The position numbers and the translations under genes were made by a program. A DNA stretch of 64,000 nucleotides from Candidatus Omnitrophota bacterium (GTDB lineage Bacteria > Omnitrophota > Gorgyraeia > 2-01-FULL-45-10), in assembly GCA_020057115.1 (NCBI GenBank), contig JAGVGJ010000039.1:52806-116805 (forward strand), written 5' to 3'. Positions 56,421 through 64,000 of the stretch are shown piece after piece. The notes under the pieces are model-generated. The model ran no database searches and was not told where the DNA came from. It saw nothing but the letters and a program-made list of their open reading frames with translations. Position 1 is the stretch's first letter; each line of letters opens with the position of its first letter.

Positions 56421-56756
56421 ATGAATAATATGCTGCTTTCACCACCTATAGCTTTTTCGATACTTCTTGTTGTCATGCTCGTGATCTCAGGGCTATTGTC
56501 AAAGCTTTCTTATAAGAGGAAGGACTCCCCGGGCGCGGTAGGGGAGTCATATGCCTGCGGCGAAGATAATTACAGCACATTCGTCCAGCCGGACTATACG
56601 CAGTTCTTCCCATTCGCATTTTTCTTTACCATACTTCACGTTGTGGCGCTTATCATAGCGACCGTGCCGAAACAGACGATCCAGGCTTTTGCCATAGCCG
56701 TGGTCTATATAATCGGCGCCGTTATAGGGTTATTTATACTTTTCAGGAAGGATTAA
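56421..56756 (+). CDS. NuoA-like subunit
   Basis: 3 TM helices; YACGE loop; FFPFAFFF. Confidence 0.75.
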   Translation: MNNMLLSPPIAFSILLVVMLVISGLLSKLSYKRKDSPGAVGESYACGEDNYSTFVQPDYTQFFPFAFFFTILHVVALIIATVPKQTIQAFAIAVVYIIGAVIGLFILFRKD

Positions 56757-56758
56757 AG

Positions 56759-57232
56759 ATGGGCCTGGTTCGAAAGATAGTGACATGGGCAAGGATAAAG
56801 TCGCCGTGGATCATCCACTTTAATACAGGCGCGTGCAATGCCTGCGACATAGAGATAGTTGCCGCGCTTACTCCGCGTTATGATCTGGAGAGGTTCGGCA
56901 TCCAGCTTAAAGGCACGCCACGCCACGCAGATGTGCTCGTATGCTCCGGCCCTGTCACGAAGCAGATCACGCCCAGGTTGAAACGCATATATGAGCAGAT
57001 GCCCGAGCCGAAGTTCGTAGTGGCGGTAGGCACCTGCTCCTGCTCAGGCGGAGTATTCCAGGGATGTTATAATGTCGAGTCTGGGATCGACGAGGTCCTT
57101 CCGGTATCAGCCTATATACCCGGATGCCCTGCGAGCCCGAAGGCGATAATAGACGGCGTGACGAAACTTTTAATGAGTCTCGAGGATAAAGAAGGGTCCA
57201 GGATCCAGGGTCCAGGGTCCGGAAAAAAATAG
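56759..57232 (+). CDS. Group 4 [NiFe]-hydrogenase small subunit 2
   Basis: CNACDIE, PRHADVL, GTC, IPGCP. Confidence 0.93.
   Translation: MGLVRKIVTWARIKSPWIIHFNTGACNACDIEIVAALTPRYDLERFGIQLKGTPRHADVLVCSGPVTKQITPRLKRIYEQMPEPKFVVAVGTCSCSGGVFQGCYNVESGIDEVLPVSAYIPGCPASPKAIIDGVTKLLMSLEDKEGSRIQGPGSGKK
57193..57220 (+). repeat. Heptamer array (4 units) at the 3' end of small subunit 2
   Basis: AGGGTCC AGGATCC AGGGTCC AGGGTCC. Confidence 0.85.
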
Positions 57233-57237
57233 ATCAA

Positions 57238-57711
57238 ATGACAAGTGAAGAGAATATACAGGAAGGGCTACTGAAGAAGTTCGCTTTCCTCGATGGCAAT
57301 ATAAAAGTCCAGAGGGCGAGGAGGATCTTCGGCATTGTCGATCACGGTAAATTTAGAGAAGTTTTCGAATCCCTCATAAAGGACTTCGGATTTACGCTTC
57401 TTTGCACGATCACCGGCTTTGACGAGGGGGAAGTGTTCAGCCTGATGTACCACATGGCGAGGCCCGACGGAATAGTCTTGAGCATAAAGACGAGCGCTCC
57501 AAAAGATAAGCCGATATTCAAGACCGTTACCGCCTATTTCCCGGATGCGGAGATATATGAAAGGGAAGTCGTGGGCCTGTTCGGGGTGACTGTCGAGGGC
57601 CTTGGGCCCGGAAACAGCTATCCGCTCCCGGATGATTGGCCGAAAGGACAATATCCATTACGCAAAGATTGGAAACCGGCACCAAAGAAGGGTGAGGTGA
57701 AAGATGCATAA
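57238..57711 (+). CDS. NuoC-like subunit 2
   Basis: YERE..GLFG, LPDDWP..YPLRKDW. Confidence 0.9.
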   Translation: MTSEENIQEGLLKKFAFLDGNIKVQRARRIFGIVDHGKFREVFESLIKDFGFTLLCTITGFDEGEVFSLMYHMARPDGIVLSIKTSAPKDKPIFKTVTAYFPDAEIYEREVVGLFGVTVEGLGPGNSYPLPDDWPKGQYPLRKDWKPAPKKGEVKDA

Positions 57712-58927
57712 AGTCATTATACCCATAGGTCCTCAACACCCGGCACTCAAAGAACCTGAGAGCTTCAGGATCCAGCTAAGCGGCGAGAGGATAACAGGTT
57801 TCAGCGTAAAGCTCGGCTATAACCATCGCGGCATAGAGAAGGCCTGCGAGGAGAGGACGTATCTGCAGGATGTTTATTTGACAGAGCGTATCTGCGGCAT
57901 CTGCTCGCATGCCCATTCGACGGCTTTTACGCAGGCGGTTGAAGAGATAGCGGCTCTGGCCGTGCCGAAAAGGGCCCTTTACATAAGGACGCTTATAGGC
58001 GAGCTTGAAAGGATACACAGCCATCTATTATGGCTCGGCGTCGCGGGGCATGAGATAGGTTTTGATACGCTCCTCATGTACACCTGGCGCGACCGCGAGG
58101 TCGTGATGGATATCCTTGCTACGACAACAGGCAACCGCGTAAATTACGGCATCAATACCATCGGCGGGGTAAGGCGCGACATCTCCCTGGCTCAGGTGAA
58201 AGATATCCTTAAGGCTGTCGATATCCTCGAGGAGAGGACCAAATACTATATAGACATCTCCACAAAAGAGACGACCATGATAAAGCGCCTTTCAGGCGTA
58301 GGCGTGCTCTCCCATAAAGATGCCGTGAGGCTGGGGGCAGTAGGCCCGACAGGCCGAGCGTCAGGCGTAGACAGGGATGTCCGGCGCGACGATCCTTACG
58401 CGGCTTACGGCGAGCTCGATTTCAATGTAATAACAGACGATCATTGCGATGTTTACGGCCGGGCTGTCGTGCGCTTAAAAGAGCTCATGGAGTCCTATAG
58501 ATTGATAAGGCAGATATTAAAGAACATGCCCGAAGGGCCTATTGCAGTAAAGGCTCCGCGCAAGATACCTGCGGGCGAGGCAGTGAGCCGTTATGAAGCC
58601 CCCAGAGGCGAAGATGTTCATTATGTGAAGTCAAACGGCACTGACAAGCCCGAGAGAGTAAAGGTAAGGGCCCCGACGTTGGCTAATGTCCAGACGGTCG
58701 CCAAGATGCTTGAGGACGGACAACTCGCGGACCTTCCGATAGTGATAGCGGCCATAGATCCCTGCTTCTCCTGCACCGACAGGCTTATATCGATAAAAGA
58801 TACGAAATCAAAGAAGACGAATATCCTCATGTGGGATGACCTGCATAGTTACAGCGTCAAGTGGTATCGCGACAAGGGGATAGATTTTACGAAGCTGAAC
58901 AGAAAACTTCAAGGAAAGATGAGCTGA
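57704..58927 (+). CDS. Group 4 [NiFe]-hydrogenase large subunit 2
   Basis: L1 ERICGIC and L2 DPCFSCTDR followed by a C-terminal extension. Confidence 0.95.
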   Translation: MHKVIIPIGPQHPALKEPESFRIQLSGERITGFSVKLGYNHRGIEKACEERTYLQDVYLTERICGICSHAHSTAFTQAVEEIAALAVPKRALYIRTLIGELERIHSHLLWLGVAGHEIGFDTLLMYTWRDREVVMDILATTTGNRVNYGINTIGGVRRDISLAQVKDILKAVDILEERTKYYIDISTKETTMIKRLSGVGVLSHKDAVRLGAVGPTGRASGVDRDVRRDDPYAAYGELDFNVITDDHCDVYGRAVVRLKELMESYRLIRQILKNMPEGPIAVKAPRKIPAGEAVSRYEAPRGEDVHYVKSNGTDKPERVKVRAPTLANVQTVAKMLEDGQLADLPIVIAAIDPCFSCTDRLISIKDTKSKKTNILMWDDLHSYSVKWYRDKGIDFTKLNRKLQGKMS

Positions 58928-59868
58928 TGATAGCAGCATTCTTTAATCTTTTGATATTTCCAGGGTTCCTCTTTCTGGCGATATTCGGCCTGGCGGCTGA
59001 ATATATCGATAGGATAATATACGCAAGGCTCCAGAACAGGATGGGGCCGCCATGGTTCCAGCCGCTCGCCGACCTTATAAAGCTCATCGCCAAAGAAGAC
59101 GTGATACCTTGCGAGGCAAATCCCAGGATGTTCAAGATGATGCCTATACTTGCCCTGACAGCGGCCGTTACGGCATCTTTCTATATTCCGCTATGGGGTG
59201 AAAGGGCGCTCTTCAGTTTTAATGGCGACTTGGTCGTGGTCTTATACCTCTTAACTATACCGACGCTCACGTTCTTCCTGGGGGGATGGTATTCGACATC
59301 GCTTTTTTCAAAGATCGGGGCGATGCGCGCCATCACGCAGCTATTCGCGTACGAGGTCCCGTTATTTATATGCATACTGGCCCCGGCACTCCTTGCGAAT
59401 ACATGGTCCTTGAGCGAGATGGCGGCCTTTTACGCGGCGCACCCGTTTTACTGGACATTCAATCTTATAGGCTTCGGGGTCGCTTTAATAGCCATGCTCG
59501 GAAAACTGGAGAAGGTGCCCTTTGACATACCTGAAGCCGAGACGGAGATCGTGGCCGGGACATTCACCGAATACAGCGGCAAGCTTCTCGGATTCTTCAA
59601 GCTCGCCATAGACGTAGAGGCCGTGGTAGGCGCATCGCTTTTAGCGGCGGTATTTTTACCGTTCGGCTATGGCATAGGTTCTTATTTGGGATTTGTCATA
59701 TATGTCGCGAAGGTATTATTTATAATATGCCTATTAGCGCTTTCCAGGACGATATTCGCGCGCTTGAGGATCGACCAGATGATGGAGTTCTGCTGGAAAT
59801 ACGTGGCGCCGCTCGCCTTCGTGCAGCTCGTGATAGATCTGGCGCTTAAGGGAGTTCTCATAAGATGA
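58927..59868 (+). CDS. NuoH-like subunit 2
   Basis: ARLQNRMGPP, PFDIPEAETE, EYSG, RLRIDQ; start moved to 58927. Confidence 0.92.
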   Translation: MIAAFFNLLIFPGFLFLAIFGLAAEYIDRIIYARLQNRMGPPWFQPLADLIKLIAKEDVIPCEANPRMFKMMPILALTAAVTASFYIPLWGERALFSFNGDLVVVLYLLTIPTLTFFLGGWYSTSLFSKIGAMRAITQLFAYEVPLFICILAPALLANTWSLSEMAAFYAAHPFYWTFNLIGFGVALIAMLGKLEKVPFDIPEAETEIVAGTFTEYSGKLLGFFKLAIDVEAVVGASLLAAVFLPFGYGIGSYLGFVIYVAKVLFIICLLALSRTIFARLRIDQMMEFCWKYVAPLAFVQLVIDLALKGVLIR

Positions 59869-60266
59869 TAAGACCGGGCAAGATGCTAAAAGAGGTCCTC
59901 GAGACGATATTCAAGAAGCCGGCGACCGTCAATTATCCCCATGACAAGTCCGGCATGCCGGACCATTTCAGGGGCGCGATAAAGTTCATCCCCCAGAATT
60001 GCATCGGCTGCAAGCTCTGCGTTAAGGACTGCCCCGCAAATGCCATTACCATCAACAAGGTGGGCGATAAGCAGTTCGAGTGCATCATAGACATGGGCAA
60101 ATGCATCTACTGCGGCCAGTGCGTAGACTCCTGCATGAAGAAGGCCCTGGAGATCACAAAAGAGTTCGAGCTCGCCCAGCTCGACAGAGAGAAGCTCAAG
60201 GTGACATTCCATGCCGTCCCGGCCCCAGCAACACCCCCTAAAGACGACCTTAAGCCAAAGGCTTAA
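59865..60266 (+). CDS. NuoI-like 2[4Fe-4S] subunit 2
   Basis: KPATVNYP, CIGCKLCVKDCP, CIYCGQCVDSC. Confidence 0.92.
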   Translation: MIRPGKMLKEVLETIFKKPATVNYPHDKSGMPDHFRGAIKFIPQNCIGCKLCVKDCPANAITINKVGDKQFECIIDMGKCIYCGQCVDSCMKKALEITKEFELAQLDREKLKVTFHAVPAPATPPKDDLKPKA

Positions 60267-60732
60267 AGGCGCCAAGCGCATAGCGATCCTCGGAATAGGC
60301 TCTGACCTGAGACAGGATGATGTTGCAGGTATGCTCGTCGCCCAAAGCCTTGAGAAGTTCTACAGGAAAAGAAGATCCTCACCAAAACTTAAGTCATTCC
60401 TCGGGGCGACTGCTCCTGAAAACCTCACAGGCGAGATAAGGGATTTCAAACCTGACCATATTATCCTCGTTGACACCATAGATATAAAAGAAAAACCCGG
60501 AACGATACTTCTTCTCATGGCCGATGAATTGGGCGGGGGAGTGTCATTCTCGACGCACAAGCTTCCGGCGGAGGTCCTCGTAGACTATTTCGTAAAGTCG
60601 ATCGGAAGCAAAGTAATGATCATAGGTATCCAGCCCAAAAGCCTCGATTTCGGTAAATCCCCGTCAAAGGTCGTTATCAGCGCCGCAAAAGAAGTTTCCC
60701 AATCCATCAAAGACGCGTTAAGAACTATTTAA
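60211..60732 (+). CDS. hycI: Hydrogenase maturation endopeptidase 2 (HycI type)
   Basis: LGIGSDLRQDD, APENLTG, STHKLP, GIQP. Confidence 0.88.
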   Translation: MPSRPQQHPLKTTLSQRLKGAKRIAILGIGSDLRQDDVAGMLVAQSLEKFYRKRRSSPKLKSFLGATAPENLTGEIRDFKPDHIILVDTIDIKEKPGTILLLMADELGGGVSFSTHKLPAEVLVDYFVKSIGSKVMIIGIQPKSLDFGKSPSKVVISAAKEVSQSIKDALRTI

Positions 60733-60738
60733 TCCTTA

Positions 60739-60778
60739 CTGTCATTGCGAGGCCCGAAGGGCCGAAGCAATCTATCAA
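60739..60778 (+). repeat. REP/RPE-like element, copy 2
   Basis: CTGTCATTGCGAGG-cccgaagggc-CGAAGCAATCTATCAA. Confidence 0.8.
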
Positions 60779-60967
60779 AGAGATGGCGGAAGGCCGCTCC
60801 AGACCCACCCCAGCGGGTCGCCACTCAATTTCTGCTCCACTTTTTTGCTTTTTCCAATCACGCACCAATTTTACTCAAGATAGTGAACCAGTTTCCACTC
60901 CCCATATTTTTTGGCCCACTCGAAGGGGCCCCCGAGAGGTAGAGGAGAGGAGGGACTAACAATAGGC

Positions 60968-60996
60968 TTGATATATTACTGCGTCGGGTATAAAAT
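60968..60996 (+). promoter_or_regulatory. Promoter for tRNA-His
   Basis: TTGATA-17 bp-TAAAAT. Confidence 0.6.
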
Positions 60997-61013
60997 ATTG
61001 AAACGAATTTCGT

Positions 61014-61091
61014 GGTGGGCGTAGTTCAGCCTGGCAGAACACTTGACTGTGGCTCAAGACGTCGCGGGTTCAAATCCCGTCGCCCACCCCA
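61014..61091 (+). tRNA. tRNA-His(GTG)
   Basis: G-1, acceptor GTGGGCG/CGCCCAC, C73, anticodon arm CTTGA-CT GTG GC-TCAAG, CCA. Confidence 0.95.
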
Positions 61092-62654
61092 TTTTTTGTT
61101 TTGAGCATATAAAGCCTCCCAATCTGTCGTAGAATCAACGAGTTGCGCTGGTTCTAACCGGTTGTGGAGGCTTTGTACGTCCGGGGCGACCTCTTGGAAG
61201 AGGGCAAGGCTTTTGTCGACCTGAAATCGCAGTTGTTTGCCCGTCAGGACGAGGTTCGAACCTAAACACGAGAGAACATACCGCTTGTCCTCCAAAGTGC
61301 CCGTTTCGAAGCGGTTTTGAGCGGTTTGAGCGAAAGTGAAGGCTTTGTCAGCCCGTTCTAACCAAGTCTCGATCCTCGCTTGAGTATCGCCGATCAACTC
61401 CTCATATTTCTGTTTTTCCCGCAATAGATCGTCTTTTTTCTTAGCATATTCCTCTGGGCCAATCTCTTCGTTTAAACGCATATTAAAAAGCGCGTCCAAT
61501 TTCTTCGCGCAGGCATCCAGATTATGCCGATGCGCCTTCGTGATCTCATCGCGGTCGACTATTTCTTTTGATTGATCAACTTTCAGTTGTTTTATCGCCC
61601 AATCCCGGAATTGCGGCGGTATGGTTATTTTTCCTAAAATGTCACGGATCTGATTCTCGAGATCCTCTAAGCGGATAGGCGGCTCGGAGCAATCCCGCTT
61701 GATCCTTTTTGTGCAACGATAATAAGTGTGATGATTTGTGCCACCGTTCTTTAAGTGCTTAAATTTTTCCTCAGCGGTAATATAAGCCCCGCATTCTCCG
61801 CAACGCATCAGGCCGGTGAAGGCAAAAGTGTGCGTTTGCTCCCGAGGGAAACTCCGGCTATTGATAATTTTTTGTGCTAAATCAAACTCGGTCTTGGTGA
61901 TCATCGGTTCATGCTTTCCCGGATATACCTCGTCATTCCAGAGGAATGAGCCGTAATAGAAGGGATTGCGGAAGAGCAGGTAGAAGTTGTGGCTCGACAT
62001 TTTAGTGCCCTTAGCCATTTTTAGGCCCATCCCGTGAGCGATATCAAAAAGTTTGTCAATGGAACAGCGTTTCTCCAAAAGAATCGCCCAAAGTTTCTTC
62101 ATGATCGGGAAAGAAACAGTGTCTGGGTATATCGGCGGTTTATCCGGCTGATTGTAAAGATTATTGAGATACCCAACCGGCGGCTTATGCGGAAGCCAGC
62201 CCTGCTGAATTTTATTCCGCTGGCCGCGCTTGGTATTGACGCTTAAATCGAGAATGAATTGATTGGCCATCCCGAACTCAAGATTCATCATCAGGACGTT
62301 GTCTGTCGGGTGATAGGCGCGCTGGAATGTCTGAATATGCCGGATAATCGACTGCTGAAGCATCCAGCTAATCGTGCCGCCGTCTATTGGGTTGCGCGCC
62401 AGACGGTCTAATTTCCAGCAGAGAATACCCTCGGCGCGGCCTTTGTGAATGTCCGCGATCATCTGACTAAAGACCGGCCGTCCCGGGGCCTTGGCAGATT
62501 TCTCCTCGGTAAAGATTTCAACGATGTTTAGATTCATCTCTTGGGAAAGCTTCTTGAGCTCTTCGATCTGCGAGGGGACGGAAGCGACTTGCTTGTCTTC
62601 GTTCTCCGATGACTTGCGGGCGTAAAGAAAATATCTGACGGGCTTGGTGATCAT
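61026..62654 (-). CDS. Large serine recombinase (integrase)
   Basis: YARKSS catalytic Ser, SAK..GRPVF, KLDRLAR, recombinase domain, Zn ribbon CGECG...YYRC, coiled coil. Confidence 0.95.
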   Translation of the reverse strand: MITKPVRYFLYARKSSENEDKQVASVPSQIEELKKLSQEMNLNIVEIFTEEKSAKAPGRPVFSQMIADIHKGRAEGILCWKLDRLARNPIDGGTISWMLQQSIIRHIQTFQRAYHPTDNVLMMNLEFGMANQFILDLSVNTKRGQRNKIQQGWLPHKPPVGYLNNLYNQPDKPPIYPDTVSFPIMKKLWAILLEKRCSIDKLFDIAHGMGLKMAKGTKMSSHNFYLLFRNPFYYGSFLWNDEVYPGKHEPMITKTEFDLAQKIINSRSFPREQTHTFAFTGLMRCGECGAYITAEEKFKHLKNGGTNHHTYYRCTKRIKRDCSEPPIRLEDLENQIRDILGKITIPPQFRDWAIKQLKVDQSKEIVDRDEITKAHRHNLDACAKKLDALFNMRLNEEIGPEEYAKKKDDLLREKQKYEELIGDTQARIETWLERADKAFTFAQTAQNRFETGTLEDKRYVLSCLGSNLVLTGKQLRFQVDKSLALFQEVAPDVQSLHNRLEPAQLVDSTTDWEALYAQNKKWGGRRDLNPRRLEPQSSVLPG

Positions 62655-62827
62655 TTCTTCTCGATTTTGTTTAAAAGCTTAATCAAATCAGACTTCTTAT
62701 ACAGACGGTAATTGTTGAGCGGATGGCGATGAGGCGTTAGTTTTCCCTGCTTATCCCAATTGCGCAATGTTTGCTTGGTGATTTTAAGCAGGTCCGCCGC
62801 TTCATGGATTTTTAAATATTCAGGCAT
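62651..62827 (-). CDS. MerR/HTH_17-type DNA-binding protein (excisionase-like)
   Basis: LKIHEAADLLKITKQTLRNWDKQGKL...YRLY; AAGGAG RBS before the ATG at 62827. Confidence 0.85.
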   Translation of the reverse strand: MPEYLKIHEAADLLKITKQTLRNWDKQGKLTPHRHPLNNYRLYKKSDLIKLLNKIEKK

Positions 62828-63072
62828 AGGTTTCTCTCCTTTAAGGTTATAAAGCATTATAACTTGTGTTTTCGATTGGTTCAAGTAGTTTGTCGCCTAT
62901 ATCAGGCGCCGAGCGTTTCATAAAAAAGAATTCTTTTTTGTTGAATTGACCATGACATGACATTTTAAAATTTTAAATCACTGACAGACCGCGCCTCGCC
63001 TGACCCGCACCCGACACCCCCTTCCAAGGACCCGTAAACTTACACAAGCATTTGTGCCAAAACAAAGCCATT

Positions 63073-63690
63073 CTACCGCATAGATTGAAGCCGTTTTAAG
63101 AGGGCAAGGTTCTGCAATATAGACCGCTGAACGGCCTTCTCATACTTAATGACCTTATCCCAATCATCCCCGGCAGGCAGACTGCCTATCCTGACAACTA
63201 CCTCTTCGGCGAGCTTATTCTTAAGCTTCTGCCGGGTAAGATCAGCGACCTGCTTCTGCGAGCTTGCGTCTTGCTTGTCTTCATATCCTGCGATCTCCTT
63301 ATCTAATTGCTCATTGTCCTTATGTTCCTTGTTGCCGAAGTAATCCGTCTTCTCGTAATAATCGCTGATTGCCATATCGAGGATTTTGCGGATACTGCCG
63401 GACTCGAAGCGCAATACTCGCCGTAATCGCCAGTAATCAGCGGCAATTTTCTCAACCAATAGGCACTCCATTTGTCCGGAAGGGTTAAGGCTTACGATAA
63501 GGCCGTCTAAAAGCTCGTTATACTCCTGTTCGTCTTCCTTGCCGTCGCCTGACATGATGATTAAATCCCGAGCAAAGATGCCATGCTTGACGGCGTTCTG
63601 CGAAACAAGGGCTTTACCTTCCGGGCTTACCGGCCCGGTTGAAACAAGTGCGTTCTGTTTGTTTGTCTCGATCTGTTTCTTCGTGGTCAT
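63073..63690 (-). CDS. Hypothetical protein with an N-terminal NxxNA..STGP...GK...NA.KHG motif
   Basis: Motif seen directly; AAAGGAG RBS before the ATG at 63690. Confidence 0.7.
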   Translation of the reverse strand: MTTKKQIETNKQNALVSTGPVSPEGKALVSQNAVKHGIFARDLIIMSGDGKEDEQEYNELLDGLIVSLNPSGQMECLLVEKIAADYWRLRRVLRFESGSIRKILDMAISDYYEKTDYFGNKEHKDNEQLDKEIAGYEDKQDASSQKQVADLTRQKLKNKLAEEVVVRIGSLPAGDDWDKVIKYEKAVQRSILQNLALLKRLQSMR

Positions 63691-63704
63691 GAACAAATCT
63701 CCTT

Positions 63705-64000
63705 TCAAAATGGTCTTGGCCCAAGCTCGTCTAAGTAGTCTGCTTCAGTCTCTGGGACGCTTGGGACACTATCTGTCGGTTCTTCTTGCGCTTTATACTC
63801 CTTTTTATTTAGATGACTTTCAAAACTCTTTCGGGCGTGAGTTGATGGAATGCGTCCCAAATGTCCCAGAATATCCTTTTGAATGACCGAAGCACCTGCT
63901 GGAGTAGAGAGGGGCTTTCTGACTTCAAAGCTTTTACTCGGCATTTCCTTGACTCCTGCCAGCTCAAATATGCGCTGGCGGTGCTGTTGGCCACTTTGCC
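63705..64000 (-). CDS. 3' end of an ORF truncated by the window edge, possibly a replication/primase protein
   Basis: Frame stays open to the window end; carries TGGGAC iteron-like repeats. Confidence 0.45.
   Translation of the reverse strand, partial: QSGQQHRQRIFELAGVKEMPSKSFEVRKPLSTPAGASVIQKDILGHLGRIPSTHARKSFESHLNKKEYKAQEEPTDSVPSVPETEADYLDELGPRPF

Larger units (their letters stand above)
61092..64000 (-). mobile_element. Integrative element at the tRNA-His 3' end (runs off the window)
   Basis: Integrase, HTH excisionase-like gene and phage-type hypotheticals directly abut the tRNA. Confidence 0.8.

Noticed and set aside
60820-60921. Possible GIY-YIG remnant (EWAKKYGEWKLVHYLE, minus strand)
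   Set aside because: Too short and interrupted by a stop; the resemblance cannot be supported without a search.

Overview
Bacterial chromosomal window, most likely from an anaerobe. The giant signal-peptide protein and the group 4 hydrogenases suggest Omnitrophota/PVC, but that is inference only. In order: (1) hyp maturation genes (short hypF, hypCDE), followed by an operon that joins an AsrA/AsrB-like (sulfhydrogenase beta/gamma-like) NAD(P)H module to an Mrp-type membrane-bound group 4 [NiFe]-hydrogenase with its own HycI-type protease. (2) pabB, a class IV aminotransferase and an ArnT/GT2/YdjC trio. (3) ssrA-smpB and tRNA-Leu. (4) A spermidine-synthase-like/TPR fusion, amidase, murI, queDCEF, a two-subunit fumarase/tartrate dehydratase, rph, rdgB, tRNA-Pro and tRNA-Arg. 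(5) A six-gene exported LPP20/FlgP-FlgT-CsgG-FecR cluster with no flagellar or curli genes in the window. (6) A 2197-aa signal-peptide protein that fuses MtlD, HAD, a putative nucleotidyltransferase and a P-loop kinase domain. (7) hppA and a second, complex-I-like group 4 hydrogenase operon, bracketed by two direct copies of a REP-like element. (8) tRNA-His with a serine-integrase island whose integrase ORF ends inside the tRNA. Non-coding oddities are seven dispersed arrays of about four AGGG(G/T)C(C/A) heptamers, several long nested palindromes, a 31-codon tmRNA tag and a two-terminator hppA leader. All calls come from motif recognition by eye; no database searches were run.
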